Source: Candidatus Moraniibacteriota bacterium
GTDB taxonomy: Bacteria > Patescibacteriota > Minisyncoccia > Moranbacterales > GCA-2747515
DNA length: 64,000 nt
Direction: 5' to 3'
NCBI GenBank assembly: GCA_046116545.1
Contig: CP175956.1
Location: 1,025,734-1,089,733 of the forward strand
A program made the translations under genes and the position numbers. Every line of letters starts with the position of its first letter. The stretch's first letter is position 1. Below, piece after piece: positions 37,582 through 48,366 of this stretch. The notes under the pieces are model-generated. The model was not told where the DNA came from and searched no databases. It was given only the letters and a program-made list of their open reading frames with translations.

Positions 37582-38862
37582 ATGTTAGCAAAATCCAATA
37601 CAATTTTATTTATTTTTTCAATAACATTACTATTACCAAGTATTGTCTTTGCCAATGAACCCAAAACAACCAGTGAAAATACTGTTGAATTAACAATAAA
37701 TAATTCTGTAAAAGAATATCTAACACTTTCTGATATAGCTAATTTTTCAACCAAAACACCTTTTTTATTTTATGATGATAATTATAAAACTGAAATCCAA
37801 AAACCTATACGCTGTCTAAATACTTATGAACCGTGTCTTTTAACTTCATCACTCAGACAATCACACACAACAAACAATGATACAATCACCAACATAAACA
37901 ATTCTAATATAGATATATTTGTAGATGATATTGCCAGAAAAGTTTCTACAGACCCTGTTAACGCAAAACTGAGGTTTGATGATGAAACTGGAAAACTTGA
38001 AGAAGTTTCACCACACACAGACGGAGTAAAATTGGATATTGAACAAGCAAAAATTCAAATCATAAATACTGTATCCAGCCTCAATAATAACAATGCACTC
38101 GAATTACCTATAACAATTAATCCAGCACAAATAACTAGCATAAGCGCCAAAGAGCTTGGTATTCAAAAATTAATTGGCAAAGGAGAATCTGATTTTAAAG
38201 GTTCCACAAAAAGTAGAATTCATAATATTACAACCGCTGCAAAACGATTTGATGGTTTAGTAATAGCTCCTAATGAAGAATTTTCTTTTGTTTCCATACT
38301 TGGCCCAGTTGATGGAGAACATGGCTACAAAGAAGAGTTAGTTATCCTAGATAATGAAACAAAACCAGAATACGGAGGTGGAATTTGTCAGGTTTCAACA
38401 ACTGTTTTTCGAGGTGCTATCTTAAGTGGCATGAAAATAACACAAAGACGTAATCATTCTTATCCAGTTCATTATTACATGCCTATAGGCTTTGATGCTA
38501 CTGTATATGTACCTGCTCCAGATTTTAGATTTATAAATAATACACCTGGACACATTTTGCTAAACATGGAAATGGAAGGAACTAAATTAGTTTTTAAATA
38601 CTACGGAACAGATGATGGTAGAGAGGTTGAGATGAAAGGGCCTTTCATAACTGACCGGCAACCAAATGGGGCCATGAAGACTTACTTTACACAAAAAGTT
38701 ACTGATAAGTCTGGAAATGATATCATCGATGATGTATTTAAAAGTAATTATAAATCTCCAGATGATTACCCACATCCAGGAGATGTTGCTAAGTTCACTG
38801 AGAAACCAGAAGACTGGTCAAAAAGTCAGTGGAAAGACTACAAAATTGCTAATGGCTTATAA
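37582..38862 (+). CDS. Secreted VanW-like domain protein
   Basis: Signal peptide. The GGGICQVSTTVFRGAILSGMKITQRRNHS block resembles the conserved core of VanW-family proteins. Confidence 0.6.
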   Translation: MLAKSNTILFIFSITLLLPSIVFANEPKTTSENTVELTINNSVKEYLTLSDIANFSTKTPFLFYDDNYKTEIQKPIRCLNTYEPCLLTSSLRQSHTTNNDTITNINNSNIDIFVDDIARKVSTDPVNAKLRFDDETGKLEEVSPHTDGVKLDIEQAKIQIINTVSSLNNNNALELPITINPAQITSISAKELGIQKLIGKGESDFKGSTKSRIHNITTAAKRFDGLVIAPNEEFSFVSILGPVDGEHGYKEELVILDNETKPEYGGGICQVSTTVFRGAILSGMKITQRRNHSYPVHYYMPIGFDATVYVPAPDFRFINNTPGHILLNMEMEGTKLVFKYYGTDDGREVEMKGPFITDRQPNGAMKTYFTQKVTDKSGNDIIDDVFKSNYKSPDDYPHPGDVAKFTEKPEDWSKSQWKDYKIANGL

Positions 38863-38870
38863 ACGTTCAT

Positions 38871-39393
38871 TCAACCCATTTTTTTATTTTGCTTAAATTC
38901 CTTAATATAGATATCTTGTTTTTGATATGGGATTTCAATATTTGATTTTTGTAAAGATTCGTAAATAGCTGTATTCAATTCATCTATTGCTGGACCTCTA
39001 TCTGAAGCCTCTTTTATCCAACATAATAATTTAAACTCCATCCCAGACTCTCCAAATTCCACAAACCTAGTTATTGGAAATGGATTTTTCAGAACATACT
39101 CACTGTCCATTGCAATACCTGTCATGAGATTCTTCACCACACCAACATCAGAGCCATAAGCTATATGCACACTAACATCTATCCTAGTATTCCTAGTAGG
39201 ACCACCAGACTCATTTATAACTGGAGTATTACCAATAAATTGCATTTAGTATAACTATCTCAACATCATCCATTGTCATTATCCTAGTGCTCCTTATGCC
39301 TATATCAACAAAATCCCCCACTCTATACGGCTGATCTGCCATTATAAATAAATAACTCATTGCAAGCTTATTACTTTCATCTATTTCAATGAA
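38871..39393 (-). pseudogene. Remnant of a mechanosensitive channel MscS gene. The N-terminal TM domain is missing and a frameshift separates the beta-domain from the C-terminal domain
   Basis: Frame A (39393..39229) encodes …MSYLFIMADQPYRVGDFVDIGIRSTRIMTMDDVEIVILNAIYW*. Frame B (39245..38871) encodes MQFIGNTPVINESGGPTRNTRIDVSVHIAYGSDV…, which is MscS-like (IPN…VGVAY.SD). There are stops upstream in all frames, and the tRNA genes begin 135 nt away. Confidence 0.55.
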
Positions 39394-39528
39394 GTATTTT
39401 TGTAGCTAACTTCATTCTTATGTACCTAGGGAGGGATTTACCCATCCGACATAACATTCTCATCCCTTCTTAAAATAAAAAGAAACTCTTTACAATAAAG
39501 AATTTCTAATCTTTTTCATATCATTATG

Positions 39529-39602
39529 TGCCCCGGGAGGGATTCGAACCCCCGACCAACGGGATAGAAACCCGCTGCTCTAATCCACTGAGCTACCGAG
39601 GC
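39529..39602 (-). tRNA. tRNA-Arg (anticodon UCU)
   Basis: Manual fold of the reverse complement: acceptor GCCTCGG/CCGGGGC, anticodon stem GCGGG/CCCGT with loop TTTCTAT, and T arm GGGGG-TTCGAAT-CCCTC. Confidence 0.85.
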
Positions 39603-39680
39603 ATGAAATGTTCATGCTTGCGAGATTCTCATTATCAACTTGAACATATGATGTTCAGTTACTGCTAGAACTCGACTTTG

Positions 39681-39753
39681 TGCGCCGTGAGGGATTTGAA
39701 CCCCCGACCGTTTGATTAAGAGTCAACTGCTCTACCAACTGAGCTAACGGCGC
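39681..39753 (-). tRNA. tRNA-Lys (anticodon CUU)
   Basis: Reverse complement GCGCCGTTAGCTCAGTTGGTAGAGCAGTTGACTCTTAATCAAACGG…ACGGCGCA. It closely resembles E. coli tRNA-Lys, and the anticodon loop is CTCTTAA. Confidence 0.8.
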
Positions 39754-39864
39754 AATACAATTCATTATAGAGAAAAATAAATAATTAGTCAATACACTTA
39801 AAAAATAAAAAGCAATGATAAATACTTGAAGTATTCATTGCTTTTTATTAAAGTGGCTTATGTC

Positions 39865-42849
39865 TTACTCATTTTCATCAGTATTTTCTTCATCTGAAGC
39901 TTCTTCAGTTGTCTTACCTACAACAACCACGATATCATGATTATATGTTGACACTTCTTCATCATTTCTTTCAGATTCAACTTTATCAAATTTTCTTTCC
40001 AAGATTTCCTTAATAGACTTCAATTCCCCCTTATCAGTTTCTCCACCATACATTATAACTACACCACTAATATCTCTGTCTTCTTTTCTTATTTCAGCTT
40101 CATAACCATCACTAGACAATACTTTTTGACCATCCTCTGCATCAGACTCACTATTATTTCCACTAATAATTAATAATGAAATATTCTGAGTCTCATCTTC
40201 AACAGTTTCCTCATTATTTTCTTCCAAACTATCTTCTGCCTTATCCATTCCATCATTAACATCTTGAGTCCTTGATGCATCAACATTACTTCCACCTTGC
40301 TCCACAGTATCAATCAAGCCTTGTATATTTTCCCGAGATTTTTCATCTGTTTCTGGTATCATATGCAATATTTTCTTATATTCTTCCAATGCCTCATCAC
40401 TTCTACCTGTTTTTTCATACAATAAAGCCAAATTTAAATGAGAATTTATTTCCTGATCATTAACGCCTATTATTTGCAACAATAAATTTTCTGCATTTTT
40501 ATTATCCTCATCACTACCCCTAACCTGCAATAATCTAGCTAAATTAAAGCCATAATTAACCTGCCGAGACAATAATTGCTGTTGTGACAAACTTCTATCC
40601 ATTTGCGTTATTTGTAACGCCATCATCATTGACTTGATTGCTTCATCGATATTATTTAGAGCTTCTTCTGTTATTGCTATATAATAATGTGCTGGAGCAA
40701 AAATACTAATTTCTTGTTCTCCGTCTTCAAAAGTAGTTTTTTCTTTAGCGCTTTCAAACAATTCTTTTGCCTCCTGTATTAATTTATTTTTCTCATCAAT
40801 AGCTTCATCTCCACTTGATTGAGCTTCCATTAGTTTTAATTTCCCAACAGCTATATCAAGATAAGGATTTTGAGGTTCTAAAGCCCTAGCTGCCTCATAT
40901 GCACTTATTGCTGAATTCAAAGCTCCATTTATATAACCTCCACTATTTTCAAAAATAAATCCTGCAGTTTCATTTGCTAATACATCATTTGGCATCAAAT
41001 CTCTCCCTTGTGCAGCTGTTCCTGCAGCACTTTTGACGTATCGTGATACAGAGTCTTTATTAGCACTATCACCTTTAGCTAACTCTATATTAGCTAAGTC
41101 TAAACCATACTGACTAATAATTGTGTAATAACGACCTTCTTTATCATTAAAACTAACAGCCTTTGTGAATTCTTTCGATGATTCTTCAAAGTTTTGTTCA
41201 GCTCTAGCCTTTAGAGCTTTACCCGCATGCACATCAGCTACGAACATTTTTCCAAGAGTAACAAATCCAAATATGACTCCTACTGCAACCATTATTGACA
41301 AAAATGCAAATGTCAATGCATTTTGAGGTGTTGACGACATTGATAATACCAATTTAGTATCATTTGACATTCCACTTCTAAGTAATCCCAGAGTTGTAGC
41401 TGCAACCAAAACACCATAAACAACAATGAATCCATCAACGGACCATAACATCACATATAACATAGCCATTACTGACGTAACAAACAATCCCAAAGAAATA
41501 ACCTTTATATCTTCATCTTCTACCTTCATGAATGCATGTACTACGTTGCTTATATATGAAAGACAAACAACTATCAATGCTAATGCTCCTATAATACCAA
41601 TTGTTGATAAACTCTCTAATAAAACACCTCTATCTGAGAAAAATCTGATATCATATTGACCACTTTCATTTAATTTTTCTGGTCTATACAAAGAAAAATT
41701 ATATCCATATGTCCCTGGTCCACTTCCAATGATTGGTTTATTTTTCAAAGCATCTTTTACGACATCAAAAGACAAACTATATTTTACTGAAGCTTCTGGT
41801 TGAATTGCAGTTCTAGTTAATATTGGTTGATCAAAAATATAAAATGCAACAATTATTAAGAAAGATATAATTGCTAACATTGATGTTTTTTGTGATACTT
41901 TAACAAATTTACTCACTGTAAATACTAGCAATAAAGCAACAGCAATTATCACAATATACCATTTAACATAACCAAATAACAAAGATAATGTCATTAAATT
42001 AATTGCTGTTATTATAAAAAACAATGCTGTTAGTATTTTTTCTTTTGCCCCACTTACAGATGCACTCTTACCTATAAGTGAAGTAGATATTATAAATATA
42101 GGCAACATCATTGCCAAGAATGCAGCTAATGAAGTGAATGAACCTGTAAGACTTGGTATTATATAATCAAGTAAGTTCTGCGGAATAAAGCGCATAGTAG
42201 CTAAGAATGACCAAATTGTCACTATGCTACCACTAATAACTATAGTCCACCACATGAGCATAACACGCTTTTTTGTAGCAAATGAAACCACTAAATAATA
42301 CGCTAATATTATAGCAGTAACACTCATTAATCCATTTATAGGATTTCCAAAGAAACCAAAGAAACTATGATATTTATCAACAGAAAAAATAGTTGCTAAC
42401 ACATATACCATCCAAAAAATTCCTATTGGGATATCCAGTGAAGTTCGTCTTATTTCTATTTTACCTCCCATAACACCTCTTGCTGCCCATGCTATAACAC
42501 CTATGAAAACCCAAAAATAAAAATAATATTGTTTTTCAAATGAAATACCCTGATATGTCATGTTAATGAAAAATAAGGGTAATCCAAAAAACAACATGAA
42601 GATACACACTGATACCACTTTATCAAGTATGTTTATCATTTTTTTTGAATCTTGAGTAGAACTTTCTTTTTTATTAGCAGTTCTTGCACCTTGTCTATTT
42701 ACCATACGTGATGACGACTGCACATTATTCCCTCCCTGCATAGCTGGATATCTAGTATTAGCTCTACGTCTACTAGAATTTTGTACATTTATAGTTCCTC
42801 TACTACTTGGTGTTTGTCCTACCTGTGTTTTTTTATTCATTTCATCCAT
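39865..42849 (-). CDS. Large polytopic membrane protein: O-antigen-ligase-like (Wzy_C-type) core with C-terminal TPR repeats and an acidic tail
   Basis: 994 aa. It has a disordered Arg/Ser-rich N-terminus, at least 10 TM helices, and a GSGPGTYGYNF loop (GxGxG…F) of the kind seen in O-antigen ligases. TPR-like helices span aa ~640–850, and the C-terminus is D/E-rich. Confidence 0.5.
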   Translation of the reverse strand: MDEMNKKTQVGQTPSSRGTINVQNSSRRRANTRYPAMQGGNNVQSSSRMVNRQGARTANKKESSTQDSKKMINILDKVVSVCIFMLFFGLPLFFINMTYQGISFEKQYYFYFWVFIGVIAWAARGVMGGKIEIRRTSLDIPIGIFWMVYVLATIFSVDKYHSFFGFFGNPINGLMSVTAIILAYYLVVSFATKKRVMLMWWTIVISGSIVTIWSFLATMRFIPQNLLDYIIPSLTGSFTSLAAFLAMMLPIFIISTSLIGKSASVSGAKEKILTALFFIITAINLMTLSLLFGYVKWYIVIIAVALLLVFTVSKFVKVSQKTSMLAIISFLIIVAFYIFDQPILTRTAIQPEASVKYSLSFDVVKDALKNKPIIGSGPGTYGYNFSLYRPEKLNESGQYDIRFFSDRGVLLESLSTIGIIGALALIVVCLSYISNVVHAFMKVEDEDIKVISLGLFVTSVMAMLYVMLWSVDGFIVVYGVLVAATTLGLLRSGMSNDTKLVLSMSSTPQNALTFAFLSIMVAVGVIFGFVTLGKMFVADVHAGKALKARAEQNFEESSKEFTKAVSFNDKEGRYYTIISQYGLDLANIELAKGDSANKDSVSRYVKSAAGTAAQGRDLMPNDVLANETAGFIFENSGGYINGALNSAISAYEAARALEPQNPYLDIAVGKLKLMEAQSSGDEAIDEKNKLIQEAKELFESAKEKTTFEDGEQEISIFAPAHYYIAITEEALNNIDEAIKSMMMALQITQMDRSLSQQQLLSRQVNYGFNLARLLQVRGSDEDNKNAENLLLQIIGVNDQEINSHLNLALLYEKTGRSDEALEEYKKILHMIPETDEKSRENIQGLIDTVEQGGSNVDASRTQDVNDGMDKAEDSLEENNEETVEDETQNISLLIISGNNSESDAEDGQKVLSSDGYEAEIRKEDRDISGVVIMYGGETDKGELKSIKEILERKFDKVESERNDEEVSTYNHDIVVVVGKTTEEASDEENTDENE

Positions 42850-42913
42850 AAAATATAAATTATATGTTTATTCTGTATATATAAATATTACAATACAATG
42901 CATTATTATTCAA

Positions 42914-43381
42914 CTAATTAAAATATTGCACAGATACATTCTGTCCAATTTCAATATCACTTGCTTCTATTTTACCAGAATTAATCTCCAAAACCAAATC
43001 AGCCTTCTTTTTTGAATTAATAATTTTAAACTGATTATTATGTGCCACATTCTTAGTGATATCAACTACCTCATAATTATCAATCCACACCATATCTATA
43101 TCAAAATTTACATCCTTCATCCAAAAGTCATAATTATCTGAGCCATCAAAAACAAACAGCATCCCACAATTATCACATAACATTCTCTCATCCCCCAAGC
43201 CCTTCTGCATAGCCTCCCTTGTTTGCACAATTTTAACATTAAATACTTTCCCATTTATGTCAACATTTCCCATACTCACATTACCATCCCAACATATAAC
43301 AAAAAAAGTAACTACCATACCAATTGATGCAATTATTTTATATGCTATATTTTTTCTTTTTTCCATAAGCCAATAGTACAA
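42914..43381 (-). CDS. DUF192-domain protein
   Basis: MLFVFDGSDNYDFWMKDVNFDIDMVWID resembles the DUF192 core. It has an N-terminal TM/signal segment. Confidence 0.65.
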   Translation of the reverse strand: MYYWLMEKRKNIAYKIIASIGMVVTFFVICWDGNVSMGNVDINGKVFNVKIVQTREAMQKGLGDERMLCDNCGMLFVFDGSDNYDFWMKDVNFDIDMVWIDNYEVVDITKNVAHNNQFKIINSKKKADLVLEINSGKIEASDIEIGQNVSVQYFN

Positions 43382-44372
43382 AAAACAATACTAAAATCAC
43401 ATACAATATACCAAGTGCAACAATCTTTTCAATTGATTGTGTAATTATTGCAATTGTAGCCGAACTTATCGTTATTACATAGTACAGCGCTATGATATTA
43501 TATTCACTCCACCCAATATCCAACAACCTATGGTGCAAATGAGTTCTATCACTACCAAATATTGATTTTCCATCCTTAAATCTATTTACGATAACCCACA
43601 TTGCATCTACCAAAGGCACTGCCAACACCAGTAATGTTGTACCTATCTTCACACCAGCAGCAATGGATAATACGGCAATTACAAAACCCATAAAAAATGC
43701 ACCACTAGAACCTGCAAATATTTGAGCTTGTGGCAAATTAAACATTAAAAACCCTATGACACTACCTGCCAAAATAATTGCCATTATAGCAATTGGTGGT
43801 TGATTAACCTGTTCTTGCAACGAAATTATAAATATACTAACAGCAGCTATAACAACAATTCCTCCTGCCAAGCCATCCATCCCATCACTCCAGTTTATAG
43901 AGTTAATTATAACCAACATCCAGATAATCATAAAAATTAAACCCACTCCGAACATACTATCTGTAAATTCAATTACTCCCCCAAAAGGATTTGTTATAAA
44001 TTTAACTCGTATGCCCAAAATAAATATAGACAAGGTCAATGCAATTTGTATAAATATTTGAGATTTCCAACTCAACTGTTTTATATCATCAAAAATTCCA
44101 ACTAATAACATGACTAACCCTCCCAAAACTATAATCCAAACTAAGTTATCAAAAACTAAATATTTATTTAAAAAAAGTGTCGCTACAACTGAAATTATTA
44201 TAGCCACACCACCAAATCTTGATATATTTTTTTTATGTATATGTCTGTCACTGCTTCTATTATAATTTATATTATACTTTTTATGCAATTTTATAAAAAT
44301 AAAACATACCACAATAGATATAACAAAACTTATCAAAAAAGGATATCCATAAAAAATAATATTTTCTATCAT
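43338..44372 (-). CDS. Polyprenyl-phosphate N-acetylhexosamine-1-phosphate transferase (MraY/WecA/WbpL family)
   Basis: Motifs RFGGVAIIISV, IFDDIKQLSWKSQIF and NWSDGMDGLAGG. It is 344 aa with about 10 TM helices. Confidence 0.8.
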   Translation of the reverse strand: MIENIIFYGYPFLISFVISIVVCFIFIKLHKKYNINYNRSSDRHIHKKNISRFGGVAIIISVVATLFLNKYLVFDNLVWIIVLGGLVMLLVGIFDDIKQLSWKSQIFIQIALTLSIFILGIRVKFITNPFGGVIEFTDSMFGVGLIFMIIWMLVIINSINWSDGMDGLAGGIVVIAAVSIFIISLQEQVNQPPIAIMAIILAGSVIGFLMFNLPQAQIFAGSSGAFFMGFVIAVLSIAAGVKIGTTLLVLAVPLVDAMWVIVNRFKDGKSIFGSDRTHLHHRLLDIGWSEYNIIALYYVITISSATIAIITQSIEKIVALGILYVILVLFFVLLAYGKKKKYSI

Positions 44373-46063
44373 TTCTTTTTCTTAATTGTTTTATCAGTAA
44401 CCCAAAATTCTGTAAAATATTTTTTAAATAAAATTCTTGTTTGAGAATCAATCGCAGGCATTGCCCCAAGTGTTGGTGCAATAATAGGTACAAGCAGCCA
44501 TTGCAAAACCATATGAATGTATCTTTTTCTGGAATACCTTTTTGGACGCTTCGGCAGTAAAAACATAGACAATGAAATTGAAATCGCAAGTCCGCTCATA
44601 GCTAATAACATCAGGAATCTTGTCACAAATGGAAGCGCATGAGCTAACGTACTTTGATTAAATTCATTTCCACCAAAAATAAGTGGTAACCAGCCCAATA
44701 ACGCTAATATAAACGGAGCAGTTGCCCATGAATGATGCCCTTCCAACATTTCAAATGCAATTTTCATTTTATCAGTATACGGTATTTTTTTATCTGGCCA
44801 AATAGCACGCATAATGATTGGAAAATTTTCTATTCCATATGCCCATCGTCTCTTTTGTTTGTACTGATTCTTTATTGTCCCCATATATGTATCTGACAAT
44901 ACAGCGTCCATTGATATAGGTAAATATATTGGCCTCACAGCATAATCACCATGAAAATAACTATACCCTTTCCAATAAATAATAGAATCTTCACTGATCA
45001 TATTAACCGGCCAATAATTCACATCCACAAGAGTTTTAAATGGCTCTGAGTGTGACGAAAATGTAACCATTTCCTTACGTGTACTTTGAAACATATGCCA
45101 AAAAGATGAACTAGTAACAATAACTCGTACAAATGCATTTGTATCCCATATATTATTATGATAAAGAGGTATTGGCTGATATGCTCTTTGTAGTCTTTTG
45201 GGATCTATTATGTATTCATAGGTAAGTGCTGCAAAGTATTGTGGATGCACAACACTTTCACAATCAAAATTAGAAAATATGACTCTTTCATAATCAATAT
45301 CATGCTCATCTAAGTATGTTCTTAACTTTTTTGCAGCATATGTTGCATTTGATGCTTTACATTTCATTTCACCATCAGCAACTTCATGAGTAGTAACTAT
45401 AAAATCACGAAATGTGTTTTTATATTTATCTGTCAAAAAATTAACTTTTTCCTCTCGTTTTTCTTTATTTTCTCTTTCCTCTGTAGCAAGTAAAATTATA
45501 ATTTTATCATTTGAATATTGACTCTGGGCAATTGACGCCAATGCAGGATCAATATTTTCAGCTCCCTCAGTAGCAGTTGGTAACATAACCACATGAATAA
45601 TATCATGCCAATCCATTGATTCCTCAACCTCAATGTCTCTTAAATTTTTAAGTAATTCTTTTGTTTTTTGTATTTCAGCTTTTAAAATTCTCCGCTCTTT
45701 AAATCCCCTCAAGCCTTTCAACATATCATTCATATCAACAATCCTTTTTGCAACTTCCTGCATGAACTCTTCTGGCTCACCCACCTTAGAGCATCTATCA
45801 AGCCAATTTATTTTTTGACCTCTTTGAAGTTTTTTATATGCTTTCACAGAATAATATGAAATAAATACCGTCCTATGTATCCAGTAGATATCAAAAGCAA
45901 TAATGAAAACAGCAACCCATACAGGAACAAGTATTGAAAAAACCACCATTCCAATAAGTGTTGACCACGTCAAAATAGCTGGAATTACTTCCAACCTTCT
46001 TTGCCATTTTCGTTCTTTTACCACTTTAGTTTGTGGGTTTGGAAAAATAAATTCATCACTCAT
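44369..46063 (-). CDS. Membrane-embedded processive family-2 glycosyltransferase (cellulose/PNAG-synthase-like)
   Basis: N-terminal TM pair, a cytoplasmic GT-A domain, a QKRRW motif (QxxRW) and C-terminal TM helices. It overlaps the downstream gene by 4 nt, which suggests translational coupling. Confidence 0.6.
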   Translation of the reverse strand: MSDEFIFPNPQTKVVKERKWQRRLEVIPAILTWSTLIGMVVFSILVPVWVAVFIIAFDIYWIHRTVFISYYSVKAYKKLQRGQKINWLDRCSKVGEPEEFMQEVAKRIVDMNDMLKGLRGFKERRILKAEIQKTKELLKNLRDIEVEESMDWHDIIHVVMLPTATEGAENIDPALASIAQSQYSNDKIIILLATEERENKEKREEKVNFLTDKYKNTFRDFIVTTHEVADGEMKCKASNATYAAKKLRTYLDEHDIDYERVIFSNFDCESVVHPQYFAALTYEYIIDPKRLQRAYQPIPLYHNNIWDTNAFVRVIVTSSSFWHMFQSTRKEMVTFSSHSEPFKTLVDVNYWPVNMISEDSIIYWKGYSYFHGDYAVRPIYLPISMDAVLSDTYMGTIKNQYKQKRRWAYGIENFPIIMRAIWPDKKIPYTDKMKIAFEMLEGHHSWATAPFILALLGWLPLIFGGNEFNQSTLAHALPFVTRFLMLLAMSGLAISISLSMFLLPKRPKRYSRKRYIHMVLQWLLVPIIAPTLGAMPAIDSQTRILFKKYFTEFWVTDKTIKKKK

Positions 46064-46440
46064 ACAGAACTATTATTTATAACTATACTAATCGATGCAA
46101 TGACCAGCGCAACTGAAGCAAACAATGACCCTAGTAATACTATATAGGAAGCAACTCTTTCTTTTGCATTATATAATACATATCCTATTAACAAATCTAT
46201 TACAAAAAAAATGACACCCATCAGTGGTAATAAATACGCCTGCCACCATGGAGCTGATAAACTTGTTCCAAAAAATACATTATATTGAAGTTTTAAAGGA
46301 ATTTCACTTGGCTCTATAAATACCATAAATAAAATAACAACTCCAACATTAACAAAAACAGTAACTATAGTAACCCAATGCACAATAGCGTTATTCCAAT
46401 ATGTTACATTATCTTGTTTTTGTTCCTCAGTTACTGACAT
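46060..46440 (-). CDS. Small 4-TM membrane protein, translationally coupled to the GT2 synthase (possible accessory subunit)
   Basis: 126-aa hydrophobic ORF with an ATGA overlap with the GT2 start. Confidence 0.4.
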   Translation of the reverse strand: MSVTEEQKQDNVTYWNNAIVHWVTIVTVFVNVGVVILFMVFIEPSEIPLKLQYNVFFGTSLSAPWWQAYLLPLMGVIFFVIDLLIGYVLYNAKERVASYIVLLGSLFASVALVIASISIVINNSSV

Positions 46441-46457
46441 ATCTCTTATTATAAGAT

Positions 46458-47537
46458 TTAGTTAATCTCTAAATTTGGTTTATCAACTTCCTCCACTTCA
46501 ATTTCTCGATTTTCTCTCTCAGTTATTCTCATCACATCTTTATCTATCTTACCTAATTCTCCATAAGCCTTATTGAAATGATTTACAGTTGTCTGCAATT
46601 GTTTACCCATTTTATTTACATACACTTCAAATGTAAGCCAATGCTTATTCAATTTCTCAACTCTCATTTTTATATCCTTTGCATTTTCTTCAATCTCCAA
46701 TGCACGCAATCCCTGCAATACTGTTTGTAAATATGCTAAAAATGATGTTGGAGAAACTATAACAACGTGCTTATCACGAAAAGCATACTCGATCATATTT
46801 ATATCACCAACTCGATTAACAAGCAAGTCATAATATATAGCTTCTGACGGTATAAACATAAATGCAAATTCCGTTGTATTTTCATCTGGTCTTATATATT
46901 TTGATGTTTCATCAATCCTATTTTTCAAATCATTTCTGAATTGCTTATTTAATTCTGTAATATTATCATTTTCTCCAGCATTTATTATCCTTTCATAATT
47001 TTCAAGTGAAAACTTTGAATCAATAGGAATAATTTTATCTTTTGCAAATACAACAGCATCTACTATTTCTCCATCTGAAAAAGCATATTGCATTTTAAAT
47101 GTATCTGGCGGCAAAACATTTGATAATACATGTTCAAGAATAAATTCACCAAGTACACCCCTTTGTTTTGGATTTCTTAAAATATCCTGTAAATCTTGAA
47201 GCTGACCTGAAAAATCTACTATTCTTTGATTTGTCTTATCTAATTCACCAAGTCGTTTATTTACATTATCCATTAATCTCTCTGATCTTTGAGATATTTC
47301 ACCTATCACTTCCCTAGCTTCTCGAAATTGATTTTGTCCAGCCTTATGCATTCTCTCTAAATTCTGTTCTACAGACATTCTCATTCTTTCATTTGACTCT
47401 CCTATATTATTTAGCTGTTGTGACATGGCACCTACTTGTTCATCGCTACCTCCCGCATTATTATTGGAGCGCAAAATGAAAATAATATTTACAATTGCCA
47501 ATATTATTAGAATGCTCAAAAAAATATAAATCACCAT
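46458..47537 (-). CDS. rmuC: DNA recombination protein RmuC
   Basis: N-terminal TM helix and coiled coil. The C-terminal RmuC core reads NPKQRGVLGEFILEHVL…DGEIVDAVV…KIIPIDSKFSLENYERI…FMFIPSEAIYYDLL…VSPTSFLAYLQTV. Confidence 0.75.
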   Translation of the reverse strand: MVIYIFLSILIILAIVNIIFILRSNNNAGGSDEQVGAMSQQLNNIGESNERMRMSVEQNLERMHKAGQNQFREAREVIGEISQRSERLMDNVNKRLGELDKTNQRIVDFSGQLQDLQDILRNPKQRGVLGEFILEHVLSNVLPPDTFKMQYAFSDGEIVDAVVFAKDKIIPIDSKFSLENYERIINAGENDNITELNKQFRNDLKNRIDETSKYIRPDENTTEFAFMFIPSEAIYYDLLVNRVGDINMIEYAFRDKHVVIVSPTSFLAYLQTVLQGLRALEIEENAKDIKMRVEKLNKHWLTFEVYVNKMGKQLQTTVNHFNKAYGELGKIDKDVMRITERENREIEVEEVDKPNLEIN

Positions 47538-47610
47538 AAGATTTCCTAAAACTTACACATTAAAAAATATTTAATAAATTAAAATGTGCTTAATTATTAA
47601 TATTAAAAAT

Positions 47611-48213
47611 TTATTTTTGTAGATTGACAATAAATTTCTGTAATTTTGAAACCTTATTTACCACAATATCATTTGGTGAACTTAAGAACTCAATTAAAAA
47701 TCTATCCATCATGTCAAGTCTATACGTCAATTCTTCAGTAGACATAGCCATGTATCGAACTTCTTTTCCGACTTCAGCCTCTATTGCTTCAATTACTTTT
47801 AGTAATTTTGTACGACTCATATCATCACACACTATAAGCACATCAAGTCTAGCCTTATTATAATTCAAAAATACTCCACTTACGATAACCAACTTAACAT
47901 TACCTATGGAATCTATTTTTTCAAGCTCTTTGCATTGTGGATATGTATTTGCCTTTATGAATAAATTCCTTAATTCAACATAGTATGGAAATGACTCATT
48001 TAGTGTATAATATTTCACTTTTTTTCTCGTTGCTTCTTGTATAAAATCAATCTTCAGAAGAGCATTTATGTCAGCACGAATGCGCCTACCATCAACACTC
48101 ATTTTTTCCTTCATTTCATCCACAGTGATTTCTCTGCCTGGATTCAATACAAAAAAACGTAATACTCTAGATCGTGATTTAGAACCAAATAAATTCTCTA
48201 AAATTTCTGGCAT
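47611..48213 (-). CDS. Hypothetical protein: N-terminal winged-HTH-like region plus an uncharacterised C-terminal domain
   Basis: 200 aa. SRSRVLRFFVLNPGREITVDEM has an HTH character. I cannot place the C-terminal half. Confidence 0.4.
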   Translation of the reverse strand: MPEILENLFGSKSRSRVLRFFVLNPGREITVDEMKEKMSVDGRRIRADINALLKIDFIQEATRKKVKYYTLNESFPYYVELRNLFIKANTYPQCKELEKIDSIGNVKLVIVSGVFLNYNKARLDVLIVCDDMSRTKLLKVIEAIEAEVGKEVRYMAMSTEELTYRLDMMDRFLIEFLSSPNDIVVNKVSKLQKFIVNLQK

Positions 48214-48366
48214 AATTAATGAAAAGTCAACAAATTATTTATCCCCTCCTAATCTACTATTTTAGTGTACTATCAAACACAACAAAACTCAAGGATGCTA
48301 CAAATTATCACAAATCTTTGCACTTATCCCGATTCCTTTGTATAATTAATATGAGTTAAATTAATT

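Noticed and set aside
39529-46440. Integrated mobile element at the tRNA-Arg/tRNA-Lys locus
   Set aside because: No integrase, transposase or att-like duplication of the tRNA 3' end was found by eye. Only the decayed MscS gene hints at past rearrangement, so this is reported as a weak finding instead
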